Shown: positions 26,151-36,203, numbered from the stretch's first letter. The stretch is DNA of 64,000 nucleotides from Arenicellales bacterium (GCA_965215945.1 CBDCFC010000047.1:20643-84642), one strand, 5' to 3'. Notes: generated by a model not told the origin, from the sequence alone. Translations and numbers: made by a program.

Positions 26151-26619
26151 TTGGCACATCAGTGCAGTATCCACATTCTGTTATCAAAGCCACAACAAGT
26201 ACAGTAACCACTTATTCATAACAAAATTGACTACTCTAAATCCAAGAAAGCAGAATCTCAGTTACCCTATAATAAATCAGAGCTTGGAAAAGCTGTAAGC
26301 TTTAAAGGAAACTATTGTAGTTATACTCCAACTGTTTTAATGCTACAATCTGCCTCGATGATTTTTAGATAAGGGTGGGTAAAAACCATCCAAACAGGGG
26401 CTGGAGAAAGGCGGGATCAAACCCGCCTTAAGTCCTCGCCACCACAACAATTATTTCATCCCTTCAATTTCTCGTCTTAACTCTTTGTTTTAGAAGCGTA
26501 TTGTATTTGTTTGTCTATTTGAGGTTGAAATTATAAGTTGTCCTAAGTGGACTTATTAATCTGGTTTTATGGGGATGATTTGTCCATTTGACCAATATTG
26601 GTTGTGCTAAAATCGCTCA

Positions 26620-26730
26620 CCGGCAATGTCTCGTCTCCATGGTGACGGAAAGTTGTAAACCCGGTCAGATCCGGAAGGAAGCAGCCGTAGCAATTATTTT
26701 GGGTACCGGGTAAGGCGGGTCATTGCCACT
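26620..26730 (+). ncRNA. ffs: Signal recognition particle RNA (4.5S RNA)
   Basis: It contains the conserved domain IV sequence GGTCAGATCCGGAAGGAAGCAGCC. The terminal helix pairs GGCAATG with CATTGCC. An extended -10-like TGcTAAAAT lies at 26605-26613. It sits immediately upstream of dnaX. The ends are accurate to about +/-5 nt. Confidence 0.8.
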
Positions 26731-26768
26731 TATTTAGAAGAATTATTGTCAGTGATCCAGATTCATTA

Positions 26769-28412
26769 GTGAGTTATTTAGCTTTAGCACGAAAATGGCG
26801 ACCACGAGATTTCTCTCAAGTGGTTGGCCAGGAACACGTAGTTAACGCGCTTGAACACGCGCTGGATACGAATCGTGTTCATCATGCATTTTTATTGACT
26901 GGCACAAGAGGTATTGGCAAGACAACACTAGCCAGAATTCTGGCCAAATCACTTAATTGCCAAATCAATGGTGTTTCGTCGAATCCTTGTAATACCTGCA
27001 GCAACTGTGTTGCGGTTGATGAAGGTCGATTTATTGATTTAATTGAAGTCGATGCGGCTTCACGAACCAAAGTCGATGATACACGTGATTTGTTGGACAA
27101 TGTTCAGTATGCGCCAACTACAGGTGAATATAAAATTTATTTAATTGATGAAGTGCACATGCTTTCCGGGCACAGTTTTAATGCGCTTTTGAAAACCCTG
27201 GAAGAACCGCCGCCACATGTAAAGTTCGTGCTGGCAACGACTGATCCACAAAAGTTACCTGTCACTGTATTATCGCGTTGCCTGCAATTTTACTTAAAAG
27301 CGCTGAGTATTGAGCAGATTACAGCTCAATTAAAAAACATCCTCGAGCAAGAGAAGGTGAGTTTTGAGGATTCTGCGCTGAGGTTACTGGCCAGATCGGC
27401 CAAGGGCAGTATGCGCGATGCGTTAAGTCTACTTGATCAGACCATAGCATTTGGTGGTGGGGAAGTCGAAGAAACACATGTTCGCTCGATGCTTGGGTTG
27501 GTTGATGATCGTTTTGTGTTCCGTATTTTAGATGCTCTGGCGGCGAGTGATGTAAGTCAGGTGCTTGAAGTGTCAGCCGAAATGGCCGAGAAATCAGTTG
27601 ATTTCATCAATGCCTTGGAAGAACTGTTATCTAAAATCCATCAGATTAGCCTACTACAATTCTCACCTGACATTGATATCGAGACGATTATCGATAAAGA
27701 GTTGCTAACAAAGTACGTTGATGTATTTGATAAAGAGACCATACAGCTTTTTTATCAAATGGCATTATTAGGCAAACGTGATATCTATCTGGCCCCCGAT
27801 TTGCGGACGGGTATTGAGATGACGTTGTTGAGAATAATTGCTTTTACTCCAGAACAACCCGGAAATGTGGAAACGGCAATTGCAAACAAAACAACAACTG
27901 AACCAAAAGCTCAGGCAACTAAAAAAGCCAAAAAACCAGCTTCTTTAAACAGCCAGTTTAATGAGCCTGACGAATTGAAAAAACCGGTTGCGACAGGGCA
28001 GCAACCGACTAAACCTGAGACTTCAATAGAGTTAACTAATTCTAATTGGCCTGAATTTGCGCAGTCGTTGAGTGTGACCGGATTCGCACGCGAAGTCGTC
28101 ATGAACTCGCTAGTCAATGAATGTAAAGGAGATACTATTGAGTTGCACGTTGCGGATGCCTGTTCGCATTTGGTCAATGACAAGCGCAAGAAACTGATTC
28201 AGACGGCATTTATCGAAAAATTAGATCGAGATGTTAATGTGAAACTTACGGTTAGTGATTTGACCGAAAAAACGCCGCAGCAGCTTAATAAGGAAAAACA
28301 GGATCAAAATTTGCTTGCGGCAGAGCAGGAAATTTTGAGTGATCCAAATATTAAAGAATTAATGGATAGCCTGGATGCAAGTATCATTCCGGGATCTGTA
28401 AAAGCAACTTAG
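26769..28412 (+). CDS. dnaX: DNA polymerase III subunit tau/gamma
   Basis: 547 aa with a GTG start. It has the Walker A motif GTRGIGKTT, a zinc module (CQINGVSSNPCNTCSNC) and DEVHML. Confidence 0.92.
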   Translation: MSYLALARKWRPRDFSQVVGQEHVVNALEHALDTNRVHHAFLLTGTRGIGKTTLARILAKSLNCQINGVSSNPCNTCSNCVAVDEGRFIDLIEVDAASRTKVDDTRDLLDNVQYAPTTGEYKIYLIDEVHMLSGHSFNALLKTLEEPPPHVKFVLATTDPQKLPVTVLSRCLQFYLKALSIEQITAQLKNILEQEKVSFEDSALRLLARSAKGSMRDALSLLDQTIAFGGGEVEETHVRSMLGLVDDRFVFRILDALAASDVSQVLEVSAEMAEKSVDFINALEELLSKIHQISLLQFSPDIDIETIIDKELLTKYVDVFDKETIQLFYQMALLGKRDIYLAPDLRTGIEMTLLRIIAFTPEQPGNVETAIANKTTTEPKAQATKKAKKPASLNSQFNEPDELKKPVATGQQPTKPETSIELTNSNWPEFAQSLSVTGFAREVVMNSLVNECKGDTIELHVADACSHLVNDKRKKLIQTAFIEKLDRDVNVKLTVSDLTEKTPQQLNKEKQDQNLLAAEQEILSDPNIKELMDSLDASIIPGSVKAT

Positions 28413-28430
28413 TCGAAAGGAATATATCTG

Positions 28431-28748
28431 ATGAAAGGTTTGGGAAATATTATGAAGCAGGCGCAGGAGATGCAGGAAAAACTGAAATCCGCGCAGGAAG
28501 AGCTTGCTTCATTGGAAGTTGAAGGAGTTTCTGGTGGAGATATGGTGAAAGTGATCATGACCTGTAAGCATGATGTTAAGCGTATAACCATTGATTCTGT
28601 TCTTATGGAGGATGATAAAGAAATAATAGAGGATATGATTGCGGCTGCTGTTAACGATGCCGTGCGTAAGGTTGAAAAAACAACCCAGGAAAAAATGTCT
28701 GGATTGACGTCTGGCCTTAATATTCCAGGACTGAACTTACCTTTTTGA
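28431..28748 (+). CDS. ybaB: Nucleoid-associated protein YbaB/EbfC
   Basis: 105 aa reading [25 protein letters not shown]. It holds the conserved position between dnaX and recR. Confidence 0.88.
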   Translation: MKGLGNIMKQAQEMQEKLKSAQEELASLEVEGVSGGDMVKVIMTCKHDVKRITIDSVLMEDDKEIIEDMIAAAVNDAVRKVEKTTQEKMSGLTSGLNIPGLNLPF

Positions 28749-29344
28749 TGTCGCCAACCAGTGCTATAGCAGCGCTGCAACAGGCGCTAAAATGTTTACC
28801 AGGGGTAGGCCCTAAAAGTGCACAACGCATGGCCTTTCATTTGCTTGAGCGCGATCAAGATGGTGCTCGAGAAATTTTAGCTTCATTGGATCATGCTCTT
28901 AACACGGTTAAACATTGTTCCCGCTGTAATAATTTCAGCGCGACTGAGTTATGTAATATTTGTGCTTCAACCAATCGAAACGCGGAACTGCTATGCGTGT
29001 TGGAGACACCGGCTGATCTAGAGTCGGTCGAGCAGGCAGGTATTTATAAAGGCATGTATTTTGTTCTGATGGGCCATCTTTCGCCTCTGGATGGTATCGG
29101 ACCGGATGAACTCGGCGTGCGTAATTTAATCCAACTGCTTGAGAGTGATCAAGTCAATGAAATTATTCTGGCTACAAATTTGACCGTTGAAGGTGAGGCT
29201 ACCGCTGATTATATTGGTGATATTGCGCGCAAACGAAACATCAGAGTTACTCGGTTAGCTCGTGGCTTGCCGATGGGCGGTGAACTCGAATACATGGATC
29301 AGGGAACGCTCAGTCAGGCTTTTGAGGGTCGGCGCGAATACTAA
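28745..29344 (+). CDS. recR: Recombination protein RecR
   Basis: 199 aa with [17 protein letters not shown], a Cys4 zinc finger ([16 protein letters not shown]) and a Toprim region. Confidence 0.92.
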   Translation: MMSPTSAIAALQQALKCLPGVGPKSAQRMAFHLLERDQDGAREILASLDHALNTVKHCSRCNNFSATELCNICASTNRNAELLCVLETPADLESVEQAGIYKGMYFVLMGHLSPLDGIGPDELGVRNLIQLLESDQVNEIILATNLTVEGEATADYIGDIARKRNIRVTRLARGLPMGGELEYMDQGTLSQAFEGRREY

Positions 29345-29738
29345 TCAGCAAGCTCAACTCTGCAAAAATAACAGTTGTTGGTTGCTGATCTGACATGTAA
29401 AAATTCAACTGTTTCCTGATTCAAGAGCTGCCGCGCCTTATTTTCAAACTCTTCGGTTCGTATAACTTCACCTGTACCTTCGATGATTCGTTCATTTTTA
29501 TTATCGTTCGCGTAAGCGACAGAATACCACGGGCTTGCGAACAATCTCCTGTGCTATTTGGGCCTGACAGGTCAGTGATGTACTTAATAGCCCGTTTTGA
29601 CGTACATGTTGAAACAGATCGGGATAACTGAAAGAACGGAGGAATTTGAGATGCCGGTGGATGAATGAGTGTATATAGATTGAACATCGCTCCTTAAATA
29701 AAGTGCGATGTTCATCGGATCAGTCCGCAAGGGCTTAC

Positions 29739-31122
29739 ATGGACACTGCCGATTTGCCACGTTAAATTAAATAAAAAGAAGATCAATTGCACACTTACAT
29801 CCGGCCTGTTATTGAAGTGGCGTGTTTCGACACTTCTGGCCCCAATGGAATACGCCGACAGGTTCCCTATCTGTTACTCGGAGTTTTACATCTCCAACCT
29901 TTTCGCCGGGGTTTCCCTGTCGCGGTCTGACCTGTTTTACCATCTATTTCACTTGTCGCAATCTGTCTGAGGGTTAATTATTAAGTACTTGATCATCGTT
30001 GTGTTGTTAAATTATCGAGCTATTGCTTGATAGGCTTGACCTGACGTTACTACACGCCATGCAATCCGTGCGGTTTTATTCGCCTGGGCCACACATGCCT
30101 TGTTGACATGAGTCCGATTCATTAATGCCGTGAGCCATGGTGATTTGTTTTCCATTCCAGCCCGTTGGCGGCGTTTCACACTGCAGATCACTGAGCGTGC
30201 ACCATGGACCAATAACATTCGCACATAGCCATCCCCTCGTTTGGATATGCCCAACAATCGCTGCTTACCCCCACTGGATGCCTGTCGAGGCACTAATCCC
30301 AAATAGGCCGCTAATTGACGGCCATTGTTAAATGCACGGCCATCACCGATCGTGCCGACCAACGCCGTTGCCGTTAATATACCAATCCCAGGTATGCGGG
30401 TTAATAATTGGCTCTTCTCACAGTGTTGGTGCCATCGCGTTATCGACTGTTCAATTTCATCAATCTTTTGTTGATACATGACATAGTGTTCGTATAAGTT
30501 TGACAGTAAGGTGCGCATAGCCGGATTCAGCTCATTTGACGCATCCGCCAATATATCCGCCATACGATGACCAATATGGTGGTTGCCCTGGGGGATTACG
30601 ATGCCAAATTCGCTTAATGTCCCCCGAATATGGTTGCTCAGCGCAATGCGTTGGGACATCAGCAATCGTCGTGAGTGGTGTAAATGCAGTATCGTTTGCT
30701 GATCTATAGATTTGACCGGTGCAAAACGCATGCTGGGTCGTTGTACCGCTTCGCAGATCCCTTGGGCATCATTTTGATCATTTTTATTTGATTTGATATA
30801 CGGGGCCACAAACTGTGGGGCCATGGCCCGTACGGTATGCCCAAGTTTAGCAAATTGACGGGCCCAGTAATGCATGGCACCACCGGCTTCAATCCCAATC
30901 AAACACGGTGATAGGTTGGCCAACAATGCAAGCAGCTGTGTACGGTTTACTTTCTTTTGTAAAACGACTTCACCGTGATCGTCTATCCCATGCAGTTGGA
31001 AACTATTTTTTGCCAAATCAATGCCTAATACGCTAATCTTGTTCATGGATACTGCCTCTTTTGTTAATTGAAATTTCAATTATGGCACTTTAGATGCCGA
31101 ATGTTATTGAGGCAGTGTCCAT
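29739..31122 (-). mobile_element. IS1111-like (IS110-family) insertion sequence, copy A, delimited by a 12-bp inverted repeat
   Basis: The perfect inverted repeat is ATGGACACTGCC (29739-29750) and GGCAGTGTCCAT (31111-31122). Copy B lies at an offset of 24,060 bp. Shared but more diverged sequence extends to 29497 and 31169. Confidence 0.65.
30012..31079 (-). CDS. IS110-family (DEDD) transposase, copy A
   Basis: 355 aa with LGIDLAKNSF at the N-terminus and IPGIGILTATALVGTIG...GISKRGDGYVR at the C-terminus. The protein is 100% identical to the ORF at 54072-55139. Confidence 0.92.
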   Translation of the reverse strand: MKFQLTKEAVSMNKISVLGIDLAKNSFQLHGIDDHGEVVLQKKVNRTQLLALLANLSPCLIGIEAGGAMHYWARQFAKLGHTVRAMAPQFVAPYIKSNKNDQNDAQGICEAVQRPSMRFAPVKSIDQQTILHLHHSRRLLMSQRIALSNHIRGTLSEFGIVIPQGNHHIGHRMADILADASNELNPAMRTLLSNLYEHYVMYQQKIDEIEQSITRWHQHCEKSQLLTRIPGIGILTATALVGTIGDGRAFNNGRQLAAYLGLVPRQASSGGKQRLLGISKRGDGYVRMLLVHGARSVICSVKRRQRAGMENKSPWLTALMNRTHVNKACVAQANKTARIAWRVVTSGQAYQAIAR

Positions 31123-31164
31123 TCCATTTGATGCGGTAACAACCCCGAGTTTACCCGGGGGAAT

Positions 31165-31491
31165 CTATTTTAATTCTGAAAAAATCTGATCAGTTTTAGC
31201 GGCACAAATAAAGTCATTGATTGAAACGCCACCAGCAGAGTGGGTAGTAAATTCAACAACACATTTTTTATAGTAGATATGTAGATCAGGATGGTGATCC
31301 TGCTGGTCAGCCATCTGACCAACTGCAACCGCAAATTTTGGGCCATCAGCATAAGTGCTGAATTTAAAAGTTCGACTTAGCATATTTCGCTCAGACTCAA
31401 ATGACCACTGTGAAACTTGTGCTAACAGTTCATTGATCTGATCTTGATGCAGAATCTGCATTTGATGCGAGCAATTTTCATTGATAAGCAT
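31165..31491 (-). CDS. phhB: 4a-hydroxytetrahydrobiopterin (pterin-4-alpha-carbinolamine) dehydratase
   Basis: 108 aa containing the family signature DHHPDLHIYYKKCVVEFTTHSAGG. Confidence 0.8.
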   Translation of the reverse strand: MLINENCSHQMQILHQDQINELLAQVSQWSFESERNMLSRTFKFSTYADGPKFAVAVGQMADQQDHHPDLHIYYKKCVVEFTTHSAGGVSINDFICAAKTDQIFSELK

Positions 31492-31557
31492 GGAATGATT
31501 TCCTTTGGTCTGTTAGTCTTTATGCTAGCATAACCTCACCCGATAGCAGGAGTAATA

Positions 31558-32100
31558 ATGCCGCAGGATGCTAACGCATTGGTATGGATGGATTTGGAAA
31601 TGACGGGTCTTTATCCAGAGAAAGATCGAATAATTGAAATTGCCACAGTTATTACCGATCAACATCTGAATATTATCGCTGAAGGTCCTGTCTTGGCAAT
31701 TAACCAACAAGAATCGTTACTTGAGCAAATGGACGATTGGAATCAGACAACACATTGTGAAACAGGTTTAATTGAACGCGTGCGAAATTCTTCGATTACA
31801 GAACAACAGGCGGAACAATTAACGCTGGCTTTTATTCGTGAACATGTGCCTAAAAATACGTCGCCATTATGTGGCAATTCAATTTGTCAGGATCGACGAT
31901 TCCTGTATCCTTACATGCCGGAGCTTAACGCTTATCTGCATTATCGTAATCTCGATGTCAGTACTCTAAAAGAACTGGCGATGCGTTGGCGGCCCGAAAT
32001 TGTTGCCGGCTTTGAAAAGCACAATACCCATAAGGCCCTAGACGATATAAAAGAATCGATCCAAGAATTGAAATACTATCGCCGGACGATGTTTATTTGA
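31558..32100 (+). CDS. orn: Oligoribonuclease
   Basis: 180 aa with [11 protein letters not shown] (the DEDDh exo I motif), [12 protein letters not shown] and [13 protein letters not shown]. Confidence 0.92.
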   Translation: MPQDANALVWMDLEMTGLYPEKDRIIEIATVITDQHLNIIAEGPVLAINQQESLLEQMDDWNQTTHCETGLIERVRNSSITEQQAEQLTLAFIREHVPKNTSPLCGNSICQDRRFLYPYMPELNAYLHYRNLDVSTLKELAMRWRPEIVAGFEKHNTHKALDDIKESIQELKYYRRTMFI

Positions 32101-32108
32101 ATTAGTGT

Positions 32109-32441
32109 TTAGAATTCATCCGTTATTATTCTAGACGTGTTGCTGAAATCTATATTTCTTGTGCGTACCAGTTTGCCAGCCCAATAAAACTTAAGATTAT
32201 ATTTGTCCTCTACTTTAGGCAGCTTGAGAAAGCTATACTCGCCATTTTCATTAGTAAATGACGGGCGAAGATTATCTACAACACTAGGGTCAGGGTGTGA
32301 GAGTACGATTTCCATTCCTGGGACTGGTATTCCATCTTTAGTGACTTTCCCAATCAATGACTCTGCTGAACAAGGTTGAATTATCATAAATACTAACGCT
32401 GCAAGAAAACTAGTGAATTTTTTAATGTTACATTTTTTCAT
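32109..32441 (-). CDS. Small secreted protein with a carboxypeptidase-regulatory-like beta-sandwich pattern
   Basis: It has a signal peptide (FLAALVFMIIQPCSA/ES) and then GKVTKDGIPVPGMEIVL...TNENGEYSF, a pattern typical of CarboxypepD_reg-like domains. Confidence 0.45.
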   Translation of the reverse strand: MKKCNIKKFTSFLAALVFMIIQPCSAESLIGKVTKDGIPVPGMEIVLSHPDPSVVDNLRPSFTNENGEYSFLKLPKVEDKYNLKFYWAGKLVRTRNIDFSNTSRIITDEF

Positions 32442-33099
32442 TATTAATCCCTCCGTTTGGAGTCATTGTATAGCTATTGAATATTTCCAAATCATTTTTC
32501 GTTGTGCCAACCTGTTCTGGATTTTCAACAAGATGCTCAGTATCAGCTTCAATGTGAATAGTATTAGCAGGTTTTTTTATGTTATAACCACTTTGATTGT
32601 CAAACTTTAAGCTACCTAAAAAGCCTTTGGTTAATGTTATTTCTGTCGGTACGTAACCTGCTGCATTTAAAGTCGCCATAAAATCCCCCTTATGATCCGA
32701 GATAAAGCTTTTAGAGAACTTGCCATCGGTGTCAACGTTGATATGTTCTGGAGATTCACAATGAGGTTCTATAACTAATTTTGATGCAGCGGGCAGTGCT
32801 TCCTGTGCGATAAATCGTCCAGAGACAGACCATCTTTGATTGTCTTTTGAGAACCAAATTGCAGTAAAAAGAAACACAAATCCACAGACAAAAAATGCAA
32901 GAGCTGGATATCGTGTCGAAATTTTGATTTGATTCATTAATTCGACACTAATTGAATTATCGCAAGATGCTTCCTTTAGCCTAATAATACCTTTGTAGAT
33001 TAATAGTAGCGAGCCTATAACCATTATTACTCCACATAAGGCGCACATTAGAATTACTAATTCGAAAATGCCTATAACATTCATAACCGATTCCTCCAA
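32428..33099 (-). CDS. Two-pass membrane protein with a C-terminal carboxypeptidase-regulatory-like domain
   Basis: It has two hydrophobic segments (IFELVILMCALCGVIMVIGSLLLI and ALAFFVCGFVFLFTAIW) and then SVSGRFIA...VDTDGKFSKSF...AAGYVP. It overlaps the downstream gene. Confidence 0.45.
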   Translation of the reverse strand: MEESVMNVIGIFELVILMCALCGVIMVIGSLLLIYKGIIRLKEASCDNSISVELMNQIKISTRYPALAFFVCGFVFLFTAIWFSKDNQRWSVSGRFIAQEALPAASKLVIEPHCESPEHINVDTDGKFSKSFISDHKGDFMATLNAAGYVPTEITLTKGFLGSLKFDNQSGYNIKKPANTIHIEADTEHLVENPEQVGTTKNDLEIFNSYTMTPNGGINNEKM

Positions 33100-33230
33100 A
33101 TTTCAAAATAACTATTTTTATCCGTTATGCTATTTTTTCTTTTTGAGAATTAGAATATCAAAAATATGGTATAGATTCTGTGTAGTAGATCACATTTTTG
33201 GTAATAAGTTGTGATGTATGAATCTTGGGG

Positions 33231-34283
33231 TTATACGATTTGTTGCTCTAAAGCCCACTCTACATGCTCTCTCACAAGCTCTGATTGATCGTTATAGCGC
33301 GATTTTAGAGCCATGATTACAGCATCAGATTTTGGTGCATTACCAAGCGCAACAGCGATGTTCCTTAGCCAGCGTTCATGGCCGATTCGGCGGATAGCTG
33401 AACCTTCTGTTTTACTTTGGAAAATTTCTTTATCCCATTGAAAAGATTGAGATAAATTCACTGAGTTGAGGTTGTTTTTAGGGAGAAAATCAATTTCCCT
33501 GGTCGGTTTAGCAAACTTGTTCCAGGGGCAAACAAGCTGGCAATCATCACAGCCATAGATACGGTTGCCCATGGCTCTTCGATACTCTATTGGAATTGAC
33601 CCTTTTAATTCAATGGTGTGATATGAAATGCATTTTCTGGCATCGACAATGAAGGAAGCGACGATTGCCTGAGTAGGACAAACGTCAATGCAACGTGTGC
33701 AACTTCCACAGTGTTCCTGACTGATGGGTTCATCAACAGGCAGTGGCAGATCAGTATAGAGTTCACCTAAAAAAAACCACGACCCCTCATGTTGATTGAT
33801 TAAATTTGCGTGTTTGCCAATCCATCCAAGTCCGGCTTTTTCTGCAAGCGGTTTTTCTAACACAGGAGCACTATCACAAAAAACCCGGTAACCAAAGTCG
33901 CCAATATATAACTGAATTTCGTCGGCCAATTTTTGTAATCGTTTCCTGACCAATTTATGGTAATCACGACCAAGGGCATAACGTGAGACATAGCCATGAT
34001 CTGTTTTTTCAAGCTCAGCCTCGGCCTGATCGTCAGGCCAGTAATTAATTCGTACACAAATAACTCGAATTGTTCTATTGACTAACTTATCAGGTTTCCA
34101 ACGTTTATCACCATGAACGGTCATATAATTCATTTCACCGTGATAACCTTTTTTTAGCCACTGTTTGAATTTAGTCGAGGCTTCTGTAAGGTCGATATCA
34201 GTAATACCGACTTGATCAAAGCCTAATTTTAATCCTGAGGATTTAATCTTGGCTTTTAGTTTCTGGTAATCTATCTGTGTCAT
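33231..34283 (-). CDS. queG: tRNA epoxyqueuosine(34) reductase
   Basis: 350 aa with 4Fe-4S motifs (CGSCTRCIDVCP and CDDCQLVCPWN) and HEAT-like C-terminal repeats. Confidence 0.85.
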   Translation of the reverse strand: MTQIDYQKLKAKIKSSGLKLGFDQVGITDIDLTEASTKFKQWLKKGYHGEMNYMTVHGDKRWKPDKLVNRTIRVICVRINYWPDDQAEAELEKTDHGYVSRYALGRDYHKLVRKRLQKLADEIQLYIGDFGYRVFCDSAPVLEKPLAEKAGLGWIGKHANLINQHEGSWFFLGELYTDLPLPVDEPISQEHCGSCTRCIDVCPTQAIVASFIVDARKCISYHTIELKGSIPIEYRRAMGNRIYGCDDCQLVCPWNKFAKPTREIDFLPKNNLNSVNLSQSFQWDKEIFQSKTEGSAIRRIGHERWLRNIAVALGNAPKSDAVIMALKSRYNDQSELVREHVEWALEQQIV

Positions 34284-35796
34284 GAGATTATCTAATACAA
34301 GCGATTTACCTGAAGCATTATATACCGCTGCGCAGAGCCGTGATATTGATCGATGTGTGATTGTGAGCGGTCAAGTTAGTGGTTATGAACTTATGCTGCG
34401 GGCAGGACAATTTGCATTTGACTGCCTAAAAGAAAAATATCCTCAAGTCAAAAACCTAATCATATTTTGCGGTGGTGGTAATAATGGCGGAGATGGTTAT
34501 GTGATTGCTGCTTTGGCAAAGCAGTTGGGAATGACGGTTAAAGTCTATGCGGTAGCTGGACCCAGCACTGACGATGCGAAATCTGCTCTCGACTTCGCCC
34601 AACAACAAAACTGTGAAGTTATTCAATATTCTGGAAATTCATGCTCAAGTGATATTTTCAAAACGGCCGATCTGATTGTTGACGCTTTGTTGGGAACCGG
34701 CGTAGATCGCCCGGTTACCGGAGGATTGGCTGATTTGATTGATTTGATAAACAGTTCGAATCTGCCGGTTTTAGCCTGTGATGTGCCGACTGGGTTGAAC
34801 AGCGACACAGGCTGCAAAATGGGCTGTTCAGTAAAAGCAGACCTGACTACAACCTTTATTGCCTTAAAAGCTGGAATGTTTACCGCTGACGGAAAAGAAT
34901 GTTGTGGCGAAATTAAATTTGCTGATTTGCAAATTGATCCCCGAGCATATCTTGAGCATAAACCCGCAGCAAAACTAATAACAGAATCTAATCTCAAGCA
35001 AGCCCTATTACCGCGCTGCGAAAATGCACATAAAGGCACAACAGGTTATGCCGCTGTGATAGGAGGTGCATCGGGTATGTTGGGGGCGGTGTTGATGGCA
35101 GGTAAAGCCGCATATCGTATTGGTGCCGGCAGGGTGAAGGTACTAACAGACCCTCTGCATTGTTCTCAGTTAGCTTTGTCGTGTCCTGAATTATTGACTC
35201 AGGGTGTCGGAAATAGTGATTTCGATATAGACTTCAGGCAATTTCAAGCCATGGCCATTGGACCAGGGTTAACACAAAGTGATTGGGCAAGAGCGCAATT
35301 TAATCAGGCAGTACAAACTGATTTACCGCTAGTAGTAGATGCCGATGCTCTGAACATATTGGCATCGGAACAACTACAGCGTCAAAATTGGATTTTGACA
35401 CCTCATCCGGGGGAAGCGGCAAGATTATTAAATTGCAAAGTCAGCGATGTTCAAAGTGATCGTTTTGCGGCAGCCAAGCGAATTGTTGATCAATATGGTG
35501 GTGTTTGTGTTTTGAAGGGATCTGGTACTTTAGTGGCGACTCAAGGTCGTGTTACTCGAGTTTGCACTAAAGGTAATTCTGGTCAGGCAACAGCCGGGAT
35601 GGGTGATGTGTTAACCGGCTGTATCCTCGGTTTGGTTGCCCAGGGGTATGAGTTATTTGATGCTAGTTGTTTAGGTTCGTGGATTCATTCAGCAGCAGCC
35701 GATATTTGTGCTGATGAAAATGGTAAAATTGGGATGATGGCGACGGATTTGCTTGCCAAGTTGAGAATTGTTCATAACCATCTGGCATGCGAGTAG
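34282..35796 (+). CDS. nnr: Bifunctional NAD(P)H-hydrate repair enzyme (epimerase/dehydratase)
   Basis: 504 aa with a YjeF-N domain (CGGGNNGGDGYV) and a YjeF-C kinase-like domain (GPGL, TPHPGEAARLL, GMGDVLTG). Confidence 0.85.
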   Translation: MRLSNTSDLPEALYTAAQSRDIDRCVIVSGQVSGYELMLRAGQFAFDCLKEKYPQVKNLIIFCGGGNNGGDGYVIAALAKQLGMTVKVYAVAGPSTDDAKSALDFAQQQNCEVIQYSGNSCSSDIFKTADLIVDALLGTGVDRPVTGGLADLIDLINSSNLPVLACDVPTGLNSDTGCKMGCSVKADLTTTFIALKAGMFTADGKECCGEIKFADLQIDPRAYLEHKPAAKLITESNLKQALLPRCENAHKGTTGYAAVIGGASGMLGAVLMAGKAAYRIGAGRVKVLTDPLHCSQLALSCPELLTQGVGNSDFDIDFRQFQAMAIGPGLTQSDWARAQFNQAVQTDLPLVVDADALNILASEQLQRQNWILTPHPGEAARLLNCKVSDVQSDRFAAAKRIVDQYGGVCVLKGSGTLVATQGRVTRVCTKGNSGQATAGMGDVLTGCILGLVAQGYELFDASCLGSWIHSAAADICADENGKIGMMATDLLAKLRIVHNHLACE

Positions 35797-36203
35797 AACC
35801 ACAAATTATTAATGATGAAAACGAAATGATTGCTGCCGGGGAATCATTCAGCTATTGTTTAAAACCGGGTGATACAGTTCATATGTCCGGCGATTTGGGG
35901 GCAGGAAAAACAACATTTGTGCGAGGTATTTTGCTTGCTCTAGGATATGAAAACGTGGTTGTAAGTCCGACATTTTCATTGGTTGAGAGCTACGAGACTG
36001 CTAAATTTGCCGTGCAGCATTTTGACTTATATCGCGTGGAAGATAAAAACGAGCTGGAGTTGATAGGGTTTAGGGATTATTTTACAAACGATAACGTAAT
36101 AATTATTGAATGGCCCGAAAGAGCTATGGAAATGCTCGCCGCTCCCAATTATGATATCCGCATTCAACAACAAGGTGAAAAACGACAGCTTTTTATTCGA
36201 TAG
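35787..36203 (+). CDS. tsaE: tRNA t6A37 biosynthesis ATPase TsaE
   Basis: 138 aa with the P-loop GDLGAGKTTFVRGI, SPTFSLV and HFDLYR. Confidence 0.85.
   Translation: MRVEPQIINDENEMIAAGESFSYCLKPGDTVHMSGDLGAGKTTFVRGILLALGYENVVVSPTFSLVESYETAKFAVQHFDLYRVEDKNELELIGFRDYFTNDNVIIIEWPERAMEMLAAPNYDIRIQQQGEKRQLFIR

Noticed and set aside
26340-26450. Short hairpins (GGGTGG...CCATCC and GGCGGGATCAAACCCGCC) between the ISL3 fragment and ffs, considered as a possible small RNA or riboswitch
   Set aside because: I recognise no conserved RNA family signature, and there is no clear promoter or terminator. The region is debris between mobile-element fragments. It would need an Rfam scan before any claim could be made.
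27920-27962. A possible programmed -1 frameshift site in dnaX (AAAAAAG followed by a second A6 run), as used for the tau/gamma split in E. coli
   Set aside because: The A-AAA-AAG heptamer is not in register with the zero frame (the codons are ACT AAA AAA GCC), so the P-site tRNA would re-pair with UAA. A -1 frame stop does occur 13 codons later, so the idea is not impossible, but the sequence alone does not support a canonical site.
28409-28780. Long antisense ORFs inside well-supported genes (28409-28780 opposite ybaB, 34623-35039 opposite nnr, 52546-52977 opposite amtB, 56736-57179 opposite frmA)
   Set aside because: In each case the opposite strand carries an unambiguous conserved protein. 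The antisense frames have biased, low-complexity compositions typical of shadow ORFs.
29341-29544. A 67-aa minus-strand ORF between recR and IS copy A
   Set aside because: Its first ~15 codons lie inside the sequence shared with the flank of IS copy B, where the frame is not conserved. It has no recognisable RBS or family resemblance. It is probably non-coding or a remnant.
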